The translations under genes were made by a program, and so were the position numbers. The notes below the pieces were generated by a model. That model was given only the letters and a program-made list of their open reading frames with translations, did no database searches and was not told where the DNA came from. Positions 27,852 through 35,526 of a DNA stretch of 47,388 bases are shown here, piece by piece (positions within the stretch are counted from its first letter, which is position 1; the number at the start of each line of letters is the position of its first letter). The DNA comes from a virus (lineage: Duplodnaviria; Heunggongvirae; Uroviricota; Caudoviricetes). Location of the stretch: the IMG/VR virus record IMGVR_UViG_2558860288_000006; one strand, written 5' to 3'.

Positions 27852-28451
27852 ACAGCCTCGCTTTATGAATAAAAAAGCCCACTATCGGCCAGTGCGCTGG
27901 GTGCGCGGCGGGTGCTGATAACGAGCTTTGACATTATCGCAGCCCCTCACACTGAAGGGCTGCTGTAATGCCTGTTACTCACAAATCAAACGAGCATGCT
28001 GACCACTCATTTCAATGCGTAAGTATTGTGGCTTGCCGTCAATCAACGCGGTGATTAACTTGTCACCTGTAGGTGTCCACATAATTTTCTCCTGTTTTAA
28101 TGCCCCTTGCCGCCAGGCAGTTGATCAAAGTTCATCTTGATTCGGCAAGATTTAGAATGAATAAGATAAAATTGGCACACGCAGCAGAATTTCATACTTT
28201 CCGGACGCTGACGCACCCTTCATTTTTCAGCAAAATATTCTGCTATTACAGGCGATCAGTTCTGCATACACTGCCGAACACCGTCGACAATTTCACAAAC
28301 CTGAGAAGATGTATCGAAAAGCTGGCGCGCCTTATCCAGACTGACGCATCCCGCCAGAAAAAAGGCACCAGTATCGCTACCAGTGCCCATTTCGCCGCCG
28401 TTCGCGGCATTCTGTGTGTCCAGTGTTTTCTGCTCATAACACACCTGGTTA

Positions 28452-28829
28452 TCAGCGTTTCAACTGAAAGTGAGGCCCGTCTTTCAGTGTTTTCCAGTCC
28501 CCGCCCCATTCGATGGCAGTTCCCAGCTCTGCGGCAGCCTGCTTAAATGCCTGCGCGATTTTCTCGTACAGAGGCCAGTCCCATGACACCTGGCTGCCAA
28601 CCCAGGCAACAACATCCACCGCATCACCGGTCAGGTGGCGGCTGTTCATGGTCTGGCTTTTCCCTTCCGCGACCAGCTGTTTCTGGCGTTCTTTCGTGCG
28701 CAGCCCTTCCGTAATACCGAAATCAACCTCCGTCAGCTCCAGCGCACGGCGAACGACAGCAACCAGCTGTGGTTTAACGCCCTCCAGATTTTTTTCACTG
28801 CGACGGCTGAATCTGAATTTACCCGACAT
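28452..28829 (-). CDS. Endolysin, peptidase M15-type (L-alanyl-D-glutamate endopeptidase family)
   Basis: Zn-peptidase motifs NSRHLTGDAVDVV and GGDWKTLKDGPHFQL; ATG at 28829 follows a GAGGTG SD (the track start at 28835 is GTG). Confidence 0.65.
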   Translation of the reverse strand: MSGKFRFSRRSEKNLEGVKPQLVAVVRRALELTEVDFGITEGLRTKERQKQLVAEGKSQTMNSRHLTGDAVDVVAWVGSQVSWDWPLYEKIAQAFKQAAAELGTAIEWGGDWKTLKDGPHFQLKR

Positions 28830-28831
28830 AT

Positions 28832-29107
28832 TCACCTCAACAATGGAAAGATTTTTGTGACGTTCCCGCGTGCGCGTATCACCAGCACGCAGAACAGCAG
28901 GTTAAAAAACACTTCCAGCCAGCCCGTTGCTAACGGGCGACCACACAGATAGCTGAGGGGCGCAAAGGCATACAGCAGCATCAGCAGCCACGCCAGCCAT
29001 GACATCAGCGGTTTATGTCTGGAATCACGGCGACGATAAAAAAAGAGCGTCAGCACGATAACCGTGCATAACGCTACATTCAGCAATCCGGGAATGTTAC
29101 TTAACAT
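28832..29107 (-). CDS. Small membrane protein of the lysis cassette (holin/antiholin-like)
   Basis: 91 aa from ATG at 29107 with a GGAGGAGG SD; hydrophobic segments LLNVALCTVIVLTLFF and LMSWLAWLLMLLYAFAPL; between holin-like and endolysin genes. Confidence 0.4.
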   Translation of the reverse strand: MLSNIPGLLNVALCTVIVLTLFFYRRRDSRHKPLMSWLAWLLMLLYAFAPLSYLCGRPLATGWLEVFFNLLFCVLVIRARGNVTKIFPLLR

Positions 29108-29489
29108 TGCCGCCTCCTCCACCCCGCAGACGGGAGAACAGGCCGGACACCAGTGATGCAATATCCTGCTGGTGGATGAACGAGAGAATCTTCACCGACA
29201 CCACTGACACCAGCACTGCACACAGTGCGTCGACAGGCGCACCGTCAAACCCTGTATGCTTTACCAGCCAGGATGCCAGAACCTCTGCGCCCAGCACGCC
29301 GATAATGAACGACACCAGAAAATGCGCCGCCACACGCCAGGCTGAAAGCGCCTGCGGCATCGTTGCCACAAATAACGCCCCGGCGAACGCACCAAACACA
29401 ATCCCGAAATCCGTTCCGGTAAACAGCCCGAATACCGTCGCCCCGCCGAGCGCCGCAGCCGTACCGGAACCGGATAAGGGTTCAGACAT
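29097..29489 (-). CDS. Holin-like membrane protein
   Basis: 130 aa from ATG at 29489 with a GGGAGG SD; several Gly/Ala-rich hydrophobic helices; first gene of the lysis cassette. Confidence 0.45.
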   Translation of the reverse strand: MSEPLSGSGTAAALGGATVFGLFTGTDFGIVFGAFAGALFVATMPQALSAWRVAAHFLVSFIIGVLGAEVLASWLVKHTGFDGAPVDALCAVLVSVVSVKILSFIHQQDIASLVSGLFSRLRGGGGGNVK

Positions 29490-29664
29490 GCTTTTTCCTC
29501 CCACAAATAAAAAAGGGCCTCCAGCGGCCCGTAAAAACACCCTGTCAAAGGCACCCGCAGATGCCTTTTGTGTGGTGTTATCTGATGTGATGTGCGCCGG
29601 GCGCGGCGCGGATATGAAAAAGGCCCGCCGCAGCGAGCCTGTTTTCAATGAGTGCAAAATTCAA

Positions 29665-30408
29665 TTATTCTTGAGTAACACTTAAACTCATCTCATTGAA
29701 TGCAGCCATCCTGTAACCTGCCGGTGTAACACCAAAATAACTCCTGAATACGCTGATAAAATAAGATGTAAAATTATAGCCGCACTGAGCAGCGATTCTG
29801 TTGATGGCGCAACGAGATTGACTCAACAGCATTGCTGCCATTCTCATTCTCTCTGTAAGCAACAACTCACTGAAACAGGTGCCTTCTTCTTTCAGTCTTT
29901 TTTTTAACAAACTTTCACTGATACATAACCGCGAAGATACATCTCTCAGAGTCCAGTTTGCTGCAATGTCCGTACGAAACAATGCACTAAGCCTGTCACT
30001 AATATTGCTAATACACGCGGTCAGAAACGACGAAAACATTTTCTCTGATGAGAAAAACGCCAGACACGAAAAGGAAAGCATTTCCGCTAAATTGTCCGTA
30101 TGAATCTTTTCCTCACAAAGATAATCAATCAGGATGCCCATCAATTCTGCCTTGGGAAAACTCACGCAAAGATATCGTGGTATTTGCCGGACTAAAACTA
30201 CATCCTGTTTTTCGTCTCCACACAACAGGTAACGGCTAATTGTCGATTCACTGAGACTTATTCGCCGAAAACATTCCGAAAAGGGCAATAACGATCCAGC
30301 CCCCCCCCTGACAAGAAGTGCACTACCACTTTCAAGAGAGAGCTCTTTTCCTTCAAAGAGCACAACAAACGGGGAATGAACAAAAACAACAGAACAGGCT
30401 TCATTCAT
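29665..30408 (-). CDS. AraC-family transcriptional regulator (AppY-like cargo gene)
   Basis: C-terminal dual-HTH signature ...WTLRDVSSRLCISESLLKKRLKEEGTCFSELL...AAQCGYNFTSYFISVFRSYFGVTPAGY; AT-rich; ATG at 30408, because the track TTG start at 30561 lies inside the terminator. Confidence 0.7.
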   Translation of the reverse strand: MNEACSVVFVHSPFVVLFEGKELSLESGSALLVRGGAGSLLPFSECFRRISLSESTISRYLLCGDEKQDVVLVRQIPRYLCVSFPKAELMGILIDYLCEEKIHTDNLAEMLSFSCLAFFSSEKMFSSFLTACISNISDRLSALFRTDIAANWTLRDVSSRLCISESLLKKRLKEEGTCFSELLLTERMRMAAMLLSQSRCAINRIAAQCGYNFTSYFISVFRSYFGVTPAGYRMAAFNEMSLSVTQE

Positions 30409-30530
30409 ATCAATTGCCCTGACATTACTGGTCACAAGATAAGTATATATCGATTTACAAAAATACAAGCCGAAAGACCAGTATTCGCAACCACCAGCAC
30501 GTTTTATGTTCTCTGCCGTTTTTCGGACAT

Positions 30531-30553
30531 AAAAAACCCGCTCAATGGCGGGT
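30531..30553 (-). terminator. Intrinsic terminator downstream of the Q-like gene (tR'-like position)
   Basis: On the minus-strand mRNA: ACCCGC-CAUUGA-GCGGGU followed by UUUUU, about 85 nt after the Q-like stop. Confidence 0.5.
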
Positions 30554-30637
30554 TGTATCAAAGTTCATGCGCTTGGTTCGCCTCGCGATACAGCTTTGCG
30601 AAGCATAGCAAAATTGAAGCAGTTTATACGTAAGAAA

Positions 30638-31180
30638 TCAAGCCATTTTCTCAGCAAATGATTCACGCATGTGAATATATAGGGCATACTCAGCAACAGC
30701 TAACCAATTAGCAATCCGTTTTTCGCATGTGCTAAAACACCACTCTGGGTGTGCATCATTTAGCAATTCAGCCATTTTGCGTTTGGTCATCCCCCGCCCC
30801 TCATACCGTTGACGAAGGACGCTAATCAATCCTGGATGCTCTGCCAGCACCTCACTTATGACCCGATCAATACATAACGCCTCTGCATCAGTACAATGCG
30901 CCAGCCAGCTCTTTTGCTTACCGTTAATCATATCCCGCAAAAAAGCCTCAAGTTCAGGTTTGTCCAGACCTGCTTTTTTCATCCTCCGGAGCGCCTCGTT
31001 AATTGCCGTTTTTGTCAGCTTTTTAGAGGTCAGCAACTGGTTGAACATATTTCCCGTCTTACCGCCGCCAATATACGACCAGCGCCCCCACATGCGCAGT
31101 TTTCCCTGAATCCAGACACTTTCCAGCGTGGTGAGACGAAGGTGTTCCCCGCTTTTGCCTGTATTTGTTGGGTAAATCAT
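30638..31180 (-). CDS. Late-gene antiterminator, Q-like (putative)
   Basis: 180 aa from ATG at 31180 (ATGA overlap with the upstream gene); position between nin-type genes and the lysis cassette, with a terminator just downstream. Confidence 0.45.
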   Translation of the reverse strand: MIYPTNTGKSGEHLRLTTLESVWIQGKLRMWGRWSYIGGGKTGNMFNQLLTSKKLTKTAINEALRRMKKAGLDKPELEAFLRDMINGKQKSWLAHCTDAEALCIDRVISEVLAEHPGLISVLRQRYEGRGMTKRKMAELLNDAHPEWCFSTCEKRIANWLAVAEYALYIHMRESFAEKMA

Positions 31181-31467
31181 AAATAACCTTCCTTTCTCCA
31201 GATTTCTTGTGTGCGAAAAACACCTTCTGCATGCATCAGGCGTAATTCTTCTTTGGTGTAATCGCTGGTTTTTACCCGCCCGTCGATTAAATCGTGGCAT
31301 GAGCTACAGGCAATCGCTGCCTGCATATCGTGTGGTTTTGTCGCTGTTCCGCACGTCCCCGCCAGCCTGTAATGCGCCAGCACAGAAGTTTCGGGATTGT
31401 GATTGCAGTAGCCAGGAATTCTGACGGTGCACATCTGCCCCCGCGCCGCTTTACGTAAATCCACCAT
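31177..31467 (-). CDS. nin-region protein, Cys-rich (DUF1364/YbcO-like by recollection)
   Basis: 96 aa; Cys pairs (CTVRIPGYCNH ... CSSCHDL); directly upstream of the Q-like gene as in lambdoid nin regions. Confidence 0.4.
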   Translation of the reverse strand: MVDLRKAARGQMCTVRIPGYCNHNPETSVLAHYRLAGTCGTATKPHDMQAAIACSSCHDLIDGRVKTSDYTKEELRLMHAEGVFRTQEIWRKEGYL

Positions 31468-32066
31468 TACGCAAACTCCAGTAACTGCGCGGCCACATTT
31501 TCGACTTCCTCCGGAGAGGAAAATTTACGGAACAGGATCCAGTTCCACAGCACATTCAGTACAGATTTATAAACCTGCTGAAACTCGGTTTCGTCCATGT
31601 TCGCAAATGCGATAGATTTTGCCCTGCGCCCACGACTACCGTCCGGATAAAAATGTTCGGTGTAAAATCCGGCCTGAATGGTTACCCATTCGCGAAAAGC
31701 GTCAAATGACTTGAGTAAGGCCGTATCCCGGGTTCTGCAAGTCGCAACGGTGTTAAGGTATTGCTCTGCGGCATCACTCAGGGCTGGCGTATGTTCCCGG
31801 CCTACTGATTCACACAGATAATCAACGAAACCGGACACCAGTTTTCGTTCGCGAGGAGTGCTCGCCCCACCGACCGGAGTCCAGTAATCGAATCCGAGTT
31901 GCAGAAGTTTGAAAAAACGCTTGTGGAATGCGTAGTTACGCACACGCTTAAAGTCTGCGTGTATCCACTCACCTATTTTGATTTGATGCAGAAAATCGCA
32001 ACTCTCCGGCGTCGCCGGGAGAAGTAAACCAGAAGAGGTTTGTTTGACCAGTTGTATATGCGCCAT
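31467..32066 (-). CDS. nin-region protein (DUF1367-like by recollection)
   Basis: 199 aa ORF upstream of the Cys-rich protein and Q-like gene. Confidence 0.4.
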   Translation of the reverse strand: MAHIQLVKQTSSGLLLPATPESCDFLHQIKIGEWIHADFKRVRNYAFHKRFFKLLQLGFDYWTPVGGASTPRERKLVSGFVDYLCESVGREHTPALSDAAEQYLNTVATCRTRDTALLKSFDAFREWVTIQAGFYTEHFYPDGSRGRRAKSIAFANMDETEFQQVYKSVLNVLWNWILFRKFSSPEEVENVAAQLLEFA

Positions 32067-32339
32067 TTCTCAATCTCTCGATGGCGCAGTGCAGCAGATG
32101 ACAGTTGTTCAGGCTGACGTATAAAGTATAAATAAACTGATTCCAGTGTAAAGCCCCCACATTGATGGAATAAAAACCAAACAACAGATTGCTGGGATAA
32201 AAACAACGCTTATTATTAAAAGCGGTTAAACAAATTAAATTTTAATGTTATGCAAATCTGCCAAATCACCATAATATCTCATTTGAAAACCGCTGAAATA
32301 ACAACCCTATCAGGATTAATCATATTAAGGTGAGTAAAT

Positions 32340-32426
32340 ATGGAAAACAACAAATCTGCACATTACGTTCCTTTTTTATCTGTAATACTTTTTGTTTTAT
32401 GCTGTGCGTGGGCATTATTTTTATAA
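32340..32426 (+). CDS. Small hydrophobic peptide (28 aa), candidate membrane peptide/toxin
   Basis: Not in the ORF track (too short): AAGGTGAG SD, 5-nt spacer, ATG at 32340; MENNKSAHYVPFLSVILFVLCCAWALFL, polar N-terminus then one hydrophobic helix; convergent with hok. Confidence 0.3.
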   Translation: MENNKSAHYVPFLSVILFVLCCAWALFL

Positions 32427-32534
32427 AAATATTCACAAATAAAATATACCCGCCAAAGCTGGTTAAGTGCGGGTGCGTTGAGGATGCCTGACTCATCAGA
32501 GGTGGCGGGAGATTTCTCTCCCGCCTGGTCACTC

Positions 32535-32690
32535 TTACTCTCTAGATTCGTAGTCTACGAAGACAGCGACCTCCGTCTGGCCGGTTCGGATTCGTACCTC
32601 GCAGAGGTCTTTCCTCGTTACCAGTGCCGTCACTATGACGGTTAAACAGATGACGATCAGGGCGATTAACATCGCCTTTTGCTGCTTCAT
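32535..32690 (-). CDS. hok: Hok/Gef-family type I toxin (HokD/RelF-like)
   Basis: 51 aa from ATG at 32690: MKQQKAMLIALIVICLTVIVTALVTRKDLCEVRIRTGQTEVAVF..., near-identical to my recollection of E. coli HokD; single TM helix plus periplasmic Cys. Confidence 0.8.
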   Translation of the reverse strand: MKQQKAMLIALIVICLTVIVTALVTRKDLCEVRIRTGQTEVAVFVDYESRE

Positions 32691-32895
32691 AGCCTGCTTC
32701 TCCTTGCCTTGCGGCACGTAAGAGGCTAACCTACATTTGTGAGACATAGATTGGGCCTCAGATTAATGTTAAGCGTCTTGCAGGACGCGTAATGTTAACT
32801 GGGGCTTTTCTCTATCTGCCGCTGGTGTTCATGCCCGAGGCAAATAGCCTCAAGCACCCGCAGTAATTTTACTTAACTCCAGCTACCTCGCCAAT
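32691..32895 (-). promoter_or_regulatory. hok leader / mok-sok-type control region (approximate)
   Basis: Hok loci carry a long structured 5' leader with an overlapping upstream reading frame and an antisense RNA gene; here an in-frame upstream extension reaches 32747; exact sok position not determined. Confidence 0.3.
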
Positions 32896-32952
32896 ATGAA
32901 ATCAATCAGAAAGGCGATCCATAAGAACAATAGACAGATAAAGGATAGTCAG

Positions 32953-34314
32953 ATGCAAACAGCAGAGATGTTTCGAAATTTTTTGAACAATTTGAAAATT
33001 TCAGACGAACGTATGCAGGCAATTGCAACACATTATAAAAATGCCACAAGAAGACTTAACATCGAGTTTCGGGGGGTAGCGAATGGATTCAACAATCGAT
33101 TGAAAGTCGGTTCAGCAGGTCGCCGAACAGCGGTTAGCAAAACATCAGACTTGGATATGCTGTATATTATGCCCGCGAGATTGTGGGGAGATTACCAATC
33201 CGGTGTTAATCCACAGCGCCGTTTGCTTCGCGATGTAAAAGAAGCATTAAAACTATCTTTTACCCAGCAAGAGATCAAGGTTGATAGATTAGTTGTACAA
33301 ATCATTTTTGACTCTTTTCATATAGAGGTGCAACCAGTTTTTGAGACTGATGAAGGGCATTTTAAATATCCTGATACTAAGGCCAACGATGGTAATGGAG
33401 GGTGGCGAGTAACTAAACCTCGGATGGAAATTACCGAAATGAGAAATTTCCGTAATAACAAAAGTAGTAATCTTCATAATCTTTGCCGCATGTTAAGAGC
33501 CTGGAAAAATAGAAACACCGTTGATATGGGGGGGCTTCTCATTGACACATTGGCTTGGAGATTTCTGAAACAAACAGATGATTATGATAATACCGGAATG
33601 GTCAGTTATGGGCTTATGTGTCGAGACTTCTTTGACTTTTTGCATCAAGAAGATGTCCATGAACATTATGCAGCGATAGGAAGTGTGCAGAGAGTTAAGG
33701 TCTATAGAAATTTTCAGCGGCAAGCAAAACGAGCCTTTAAATTATGCACAAAAGCGATTGAAGCTTATGAGAATGGCTCGACAAAGAAATGCCACGAACA
33801 CTGGCGAGAAGTTTTTGGGCTAACTTTCCCTAAAGCAGTTGTAGAAATGCGTGACTCTCAGGGGTTAGAGTCAGCTAATTTCATCAATGAGTCCTATACG
33901 GCTCAGACGTGGCGCAATACGGAAGAGTTTACAGATGAAAAGTTTGATGATGTTGATATAAGATACCCCCTCGAAGTTAACTGCATTGTCAAAGAAAACG
34001 GGTATAGGGACCGTGCAATTAGGGCTTACCTGTCGGATATGGCTCGTTATTGGTTACCACCGAATAGAACTTTATCATTTTCGATCAACCAAGCAAGTTT
34101 GGATATCATTCCTGAGCCTTATGATATTTACTGGAAAGTACTGAATAGAGGTTTAGAAGCTGAGCAGCGTGATGAAGTTCGAGGTCAAATAGTTTTAGGT
34201 CAAGTAACTCACACTGAACATACAAAATTTAGAGGTGATCACAAGGTTTGGTGTTACATAGTTAAGAACCATATAGTAATTGCCCAAAACGTTATCGACA
34301 TACCAATCGAGTAA
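32953..34314 (+). CDS. Nucleotidyltransferase, Pol-beta superfamily (CD-NTase/SMODS-like signalling enzyme candidate)
   Basis: Active-site pattern ...KVGSAGRRTAVSKTSDLDMLYIMP... (GS, DxD) and a later acidic strand ...VVQIIFDSFHIE...; ATG at 32953 has an AAGGA SD (alternative ATG at 32896 gives 472 aa); AT-rich, plus strand. Confidence 0.65.
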   Translation: MQTAEMFRNFLNNLKISDERMQAIATHYKNATRRLNIEFRGVANGFNNRLKVGSAGRRTAVSKTSDLDMLYIMPARLWGDYQSGVNPQRRLLRDVKEALKLSFTQQEIKVDRLVVQIIFDSFHIEVQPVFETDEGHFKYPDTKANDGNGGWRVTKPRMEITEMRNFRNNKSSNLHNLCRMLRAWKNRNTVDMGGLLIDTLAWRFLKQTDDYDNTGMVSYGLMCRDFFDFLHQEDVHEHYAAIGSVQRVKVYRNFQRQAKRAFKLCTKAIEAYENGSTKKCHEHWREVFGLTFPKAVVEMRDSQGLESANFINESYTAQTWRNTEEFTDEKFDDVDIRYPLEVNCIVKENGYRDRAIRAYLSDMARYWLPPNRTLSFSINQASLDIIPEPYDIYWKVLNRGLEAEQRDEVRGQIVLGQVTHTEHTKFRGDHKVWCYIVKNHIVIAQNVIDIPIE

Positions 34315-34319
34315 TTATC

Positions 34320-34901
34320 ATGCAAAAAAATGACTTATTATCTCAGATTGCCTCTGCCGGATATAATGTTGGATTTGGCGCTAAGAAAAATTTTGCTACA
34401 TTTGATATTGTTAGCAAACTCCCTGGCTGGATTGGTATTATATCACTAGCAGTCTCTATTTTAGGCCTTTATATGGATGAAATGAGTTCTAAGAATATTG
34501 CAGCCATTTTTATCATTTTAAGCATTGGCAGTTTGTACATCAATTTCTATGATGGTGATAAAAATAAATATGAAGAGGCTGGAAAGAAGCAAACAGCAAT
34601 CTTTAGAAAGATTGAAAGATTGTATTACGATGCAAAATCAGAAAGCGAACCGGATTCTGTTAAATATATTGGGCAACTTGACATTCTGTTAAAAGAATTT
34701 GATGAAACCACTATCACCAAACAAATTTGTGGAAGCAATTGGTATGCTCATTATAAATTCTTTAGTGAAATGGAAAAAAGGTGGCTTGAAGATCAGTTGT
34801 CATTGACTTTCTGGAAGGATAAAGTCCCTAACACTTTGAAATTTCTCATTCTGATAGTTTTCTGCGTCGTTTTGCTTTCGATAATTTATAGGTGTGGTTG
34901 A
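34320..34901 (+). CDS. Small membrane protein with three predicted TM helices (candidate effector)
   Basis: 193 aa; hydrophobic helices WIGIISLAVSILGLYM, IAAIFIILSIGSLYINF and C-terminal FLILIVFCVVLLSIIY; start 5 nt after the NTase stop (operon). Confidence 0.6.
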   Translation: MQKNDLLSQIASAGYNVGFGAKKNFATFDIVSKLPGWIGIISLAVSILGLYMDEMSSKNIAAIFIILSIGSLYINFYDGDKNKYEEAGKKQTAIFRKIERLYYDAKSESEPDSVKYIGQLDILLKEFDETTITKQICGSNWYAHYKFFSEMEKRWLEDQLSLTFWKDKVPNTLKFLILIVFCVVLLSIIYRCG

Positions 34902-34908
34902 TTGTCAT

Positions 34909-34933
34909 GATAGAGGAGTTACACTCCTCTATC
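34909..34933 (+). other. Perfect 11-bp-stem hairpin downstream of the NTase/membrane-protein operon (no U-tract)
   Basis: gatagaggagt-tac-actcctctatc beginning 8 nt after the effector stop codon. Confidence 0.45.
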
Positions 34934-35142
34934 CTCTCTAGGAGGTATTGGTTCTGCTTTGCCCACATCAGGTAATATACTGTACGTTTTCAACTTCCGC
35001 TTTTGGCACAAAGCTGACAACCAGACTAGTTATGGTCCTATGCCATAAAAGTGTCAATTAATATCTGAATTAATACTCTTTAATTTCGTTCACCGTGGCG
35101 ATGCACGAATTTTTTCCTTATAAAATGCCAAAATCCACTGCA

Positions 35143-35511
35143 TTACTTCGCTCTCCAAGCACTCTCTACAAACGATGTTATTACGCCTGTCGTAACGACG
35201 TATTTCTCCATCAGGTAATGACAGATAAGGTCCGGATCAACCACAGATGGTTTCTTCAGCTTTGCCCTTGAGAGTTTTTTGCGGGCCTTTATCCAGTCCT
35301 TACGTGCCTGTTCAGACGGAAATAACCCGTAGCCGGAGTTGTATAAATCGCCACTGGCAACCAGCTCTCTGGCAAGAACACTCATCAGATATCTTGTCGC
35401 ACCTGTCTTAGCTTCCAGTTGTCGTAACGTCTCGCGCCCACTCTGGCGCACGAGCTCAACAACCTTCCCCTTAATTTTTTCCCGCTCTTCTTGTGTAAAT
35501 ACTTTTGCCAT
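35143..35511 (-). CDS. Hypothetical protein (122 aa), early region
   Basis: ATG at 35511 with a GGAGG SD; basic helical protein (…KARKKLSRAKLKK…); downstream of the replication genes. Confidence 0.45.
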   Translation of the reverse strand: MAKVFTQEEREKIKGKVVELVRQSGRETLRQLEAKTGATRYLMSVLARELVASGDLYNSGYGLFPSEQARKDWIKARKKLSRAKLKKPSVVDPDLICHYLMEKYVVTTGVITSFVESAWRAK

Positions 35512-35526
35512 AAGCGCCTCCGGCAA

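Noticed and set aside
28246-28509. Candidate spanin genes downstream of the endolysin (track ORFs 28246..28509 and 28256..28444, the latter containing LAGC)
   Set aside because: The LAGC is not preceded by a signal peptide with a basic n-region and adequate hydrophobic core, the first ORF starts with GTG inside a poor context, and the other overlaps the endolysin with only ~54 aa after its first internal Met and no coiled-coil region.
30409-30561. Longer AraC-regulator ORF starting at 30561 as given in the track
   Set aside because: The first codon at 30561 is TTG and lies inside the terminator hairpin at 30531-30553; the ATG at 30408 gives a 247-aa protein of typical AraC-family size.
29665-30637. 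Shiga-toxin or other classical virulence toxin genes, and tRNA genes, at the Q-lysis junction
   Set aside because: The only gene in that position is the AraC-family regulator; no A/B-toxin-like ORFs and no tRNA-like cloverleaf candidates were seen here or elsewhere in the window.
32320-32532. 70-aa minus-strand track ORF in the AT-rich gap downstream of hok
   Set aside because: No ribosome-binding site, an AT-rich low-complexity translation, and it overlaps the better-supported plus-strand 28-aa peptide gene; probably a chance open frame.
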